This document shows positions 61,524-64,000 of a stretch of DNA of 64,000 nucleotides, piece by piece. Position numbers and translations under genes: made by a program. Under the pieces are notes generated by a model, which searched no databases, was not told the origin of the DNA, and was given only the letters and a program-made list of their open reading frames with translations. Source of the DNA: Lama glama (Eukaryota); contig CM052816.1 of NCBI GenBank assembly GCA_028534125.1, forward strand, positions 78,618,001 to 78,682,000, written 5' to 3'. Position 1 is the stretch's first letter. Every line of letters begins with the position of its first letter.

Positions 61524-64000
61524 GCTTCCAGACACAACTTCAACCTGGGCATCTCATGATATTGCCTCCTGATTCTTCATTTAAAAAGCGTGATGGGAAA
61601 AGGCAGTGATCCATAAGTCGTGCTTTATGAATAGAATGGTTCAGTAGCACATTGGTTATTCCTGAAATCTCCCTTGAGGTCTTATTCAGCTCTTTTCACA
61701 AATGGCAGTAGTAATGGCAAAGATAAATCTACCTAATTTGAAGGTCAGACAGGAAATTAGTTTGTTGGAAGAACCAATGGTGGCATTACACTTTTCTAAT
61801 TAATCCCAACATGGAAATGATTCAATCTGTCTGAGAAATTTGAATCGGAGGTGAACAAGTCAGTGCAGACTGTTACAGCAAAGCACTTCCTTTACCTCCT
61901 TTTGTTTCCAGCTCCAGTTCTAGGAGTTGGGCAGAAAGAGTCCTTACTTATTTTCTTGTGGCTGGCTTCCCCAGCTGGTCGTTCCAAGATTTTACCTAGC
62001 ATTGCCCTGAACTCATTGCGATACTTCCACAAATGAAAAATGTATTTCCCTTCAGGGAGAAGAAGAACAACATGCAACGGTATAATGTAAAACTAATTTT
62101 TTTTCTTTATTGAAAATACATCTACAAAGTAATGCTTCTCAGTCCACCCTGGGTGCATGTAAGATGCAGAGCCTGTGATGAGCTGGTGAGAGGATCTGCC
62201 CAGAGGACCTGCTCTCCATAAGAAAGAGTTAGTATAAAAAAAAAAAGATCACACTGTAACAGAATTAATTTGACATGATTAATTTTTGCTCTACTGGTGT
62301 CATAAGATGACAGCCATATACATTAACTTTTGTAGTGTATTTCCCAAATAGAGCCTTGACATTAAATGGTTACTCCATCATGGCCTAATGTTAACTTTTG
62401 TACACACATAATGCTCAAGATCTATATAAAAATATCTCTAATTGTATATTGGAGGATGTATATCTAGATTTTCAGTCTGTTAGCATAATTAGGTCCATTC
62501 TTCACCATGTTCAGTCAGAAACTCAAACACAGCTGGTATTGTCTTATATTCCACATCTTTGACTGGATATTCCTTAGGGGGTAAAAAAAAATGTAACCTT
62601 CTCTAAACCTGGTAGCTGCCTTGCCTGAAACTAATGCCCCTGCTGTTTTGTTCCTTTTTTGTTTTTCCTTGGAACGACACTGGCATGGCCTCATACTGAT
62701 TCATCTTCTACCATTTCTCTCAGGGACACAAACCAAACCAAATCAGACCCCACTCCAGCAGAAGGTTTTGAATGATTTGGTGAGTGGAGTTCCAACACAA
62801 AGAAATATCTTGTTTCTCTCATTCAGAGAACTTTTGATTATAGTCAAAAACCTTTTCAAATACGAGACCACCCACCCAGCTCATAGACCTCTCTAGTAGA
62901 GAGAGAGCTCATTCATTTGACTTCTCTAAAATATATAACAAGTGGCCCTATATTTTGTGTGCAGACTTTCTTAGTTTGGGGAATGACTTTGAACTAAAGA
63001 GGAAAAGTGTTTCAGGTTAAAAGAGGAAAAAAAAAACCCTCTCCTTTTAAAATACTCTTCCTTGAAGATGACTTACTGTCTTGTTGTTTTAAAATCCTCT
63101 CTTTGTAACATCAACCATGCTCCATTCTTTCCTGGCTGGCTCTTTAGTGTTCCATAGTAAGACCATGCGCACCCTTGCTAGTTGCTAGTCTTATGTTTTA
63201 TTTTCTAAGAGACTATCGTCAGTTGAGGAGTGGTGGGAGACATCCTTCCCCGAGTAGTCCCTTCAGTTTGGGAAGAGTAGGAAAGGATACTTCCCCTGTT
63301 GGGAAGAACTACGCAGATTTCAGGAACAATTCCTCTCCTGGAATGGCCTCCAGCCTGGTGACTTGCATAACTGACATCTTGGACACAGGACCTGGTCAAC
63401 CACACAGCCATCCTGCCCCTACTTAGAAATATTCATTCCCAATAAATGTCTACTCTGAAAGCCCCGCGCTCCATGGAATGATACTTGCTACAGAATGTTC
63501 TGAGGGGAAACCGGGCAGGTTCTTTTAGGGCGCCACAGGATGTTTGGGCTAGAAGAGACCATAAGGTTGTCTAAGGAATGTGCTCATTTTACAGATGAGA
63601 ACACTGAGGCCAAGAGATAGGCGTAACTTTCCCATGGCCACGTAGAAATTTCACTTTATGTGCCTCCTCACAGCTGTGCTAGGTGTGTATTCATATTGTC
63701 AGGCTACTAAGGACACAAAACATGAGAAAGGGGGAAAAAAAACCCTTCTAATGTCCAACTGATAACCCGTTATCGATCAAGTTGTTTTGTTTTGATACTA
63801 AAACTGAATTGTATTCTCAAGGATTTTTCAATTCTGAAAGTTGATTTAAAACCAACTTTGTTTTTACCCTCCCATTTGTTTTGACTCAGTAATTTTTAAC
63901 TATCACATTTACTGGATTGTGTGCTATATAAGCATGTAAGATTTGATCAGGGCTATTTTTGATCTCAGTACCTTATCAGATAAAACTAACACGAAATGAG

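Overview
Mammalian, repeat-rich, apparently non-coding DNA. Eight copies of a tRNA-Ala-derived SINE resembling the camelid Vic-1 family suggest alpaca, llama or camel. I cannot support any host protein-coding gene. The only ORFs with recognisable protein similarity are dead retroelement ORFs: L1 ORF2 at ~8.0-8.8 kb and ERV-L gag/pol/dUTPase remnants at 24.5-27.6 kb and 32-37 kb. Landmarks: a promoter-like CpG island (~3.17-4.30 kb); a weaker CpG-rich patch (~60.0-60.55 kb) in a repeat-poor right end; two ancient ERV-L proviral remnants with LTR33-like LTRs and TSD-flanked nested insertions; many MLT1/MaLR LTRs, MIR, L2, L1 and MER DNA-transposon fragments; and two 500-N assembly gaps next to young L1. 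The most unusual object is a single insertion at 29851-30141 with a perfect 12-bp TSD, in which a SINE is fused to a polyadenylated mRNA-like 3' end (TPM3-like from recall, unverified). All repeat family names come from recalled consensus sequences, not from RepeatMasker. Boundaries are approximate unless a TSD is quoted.
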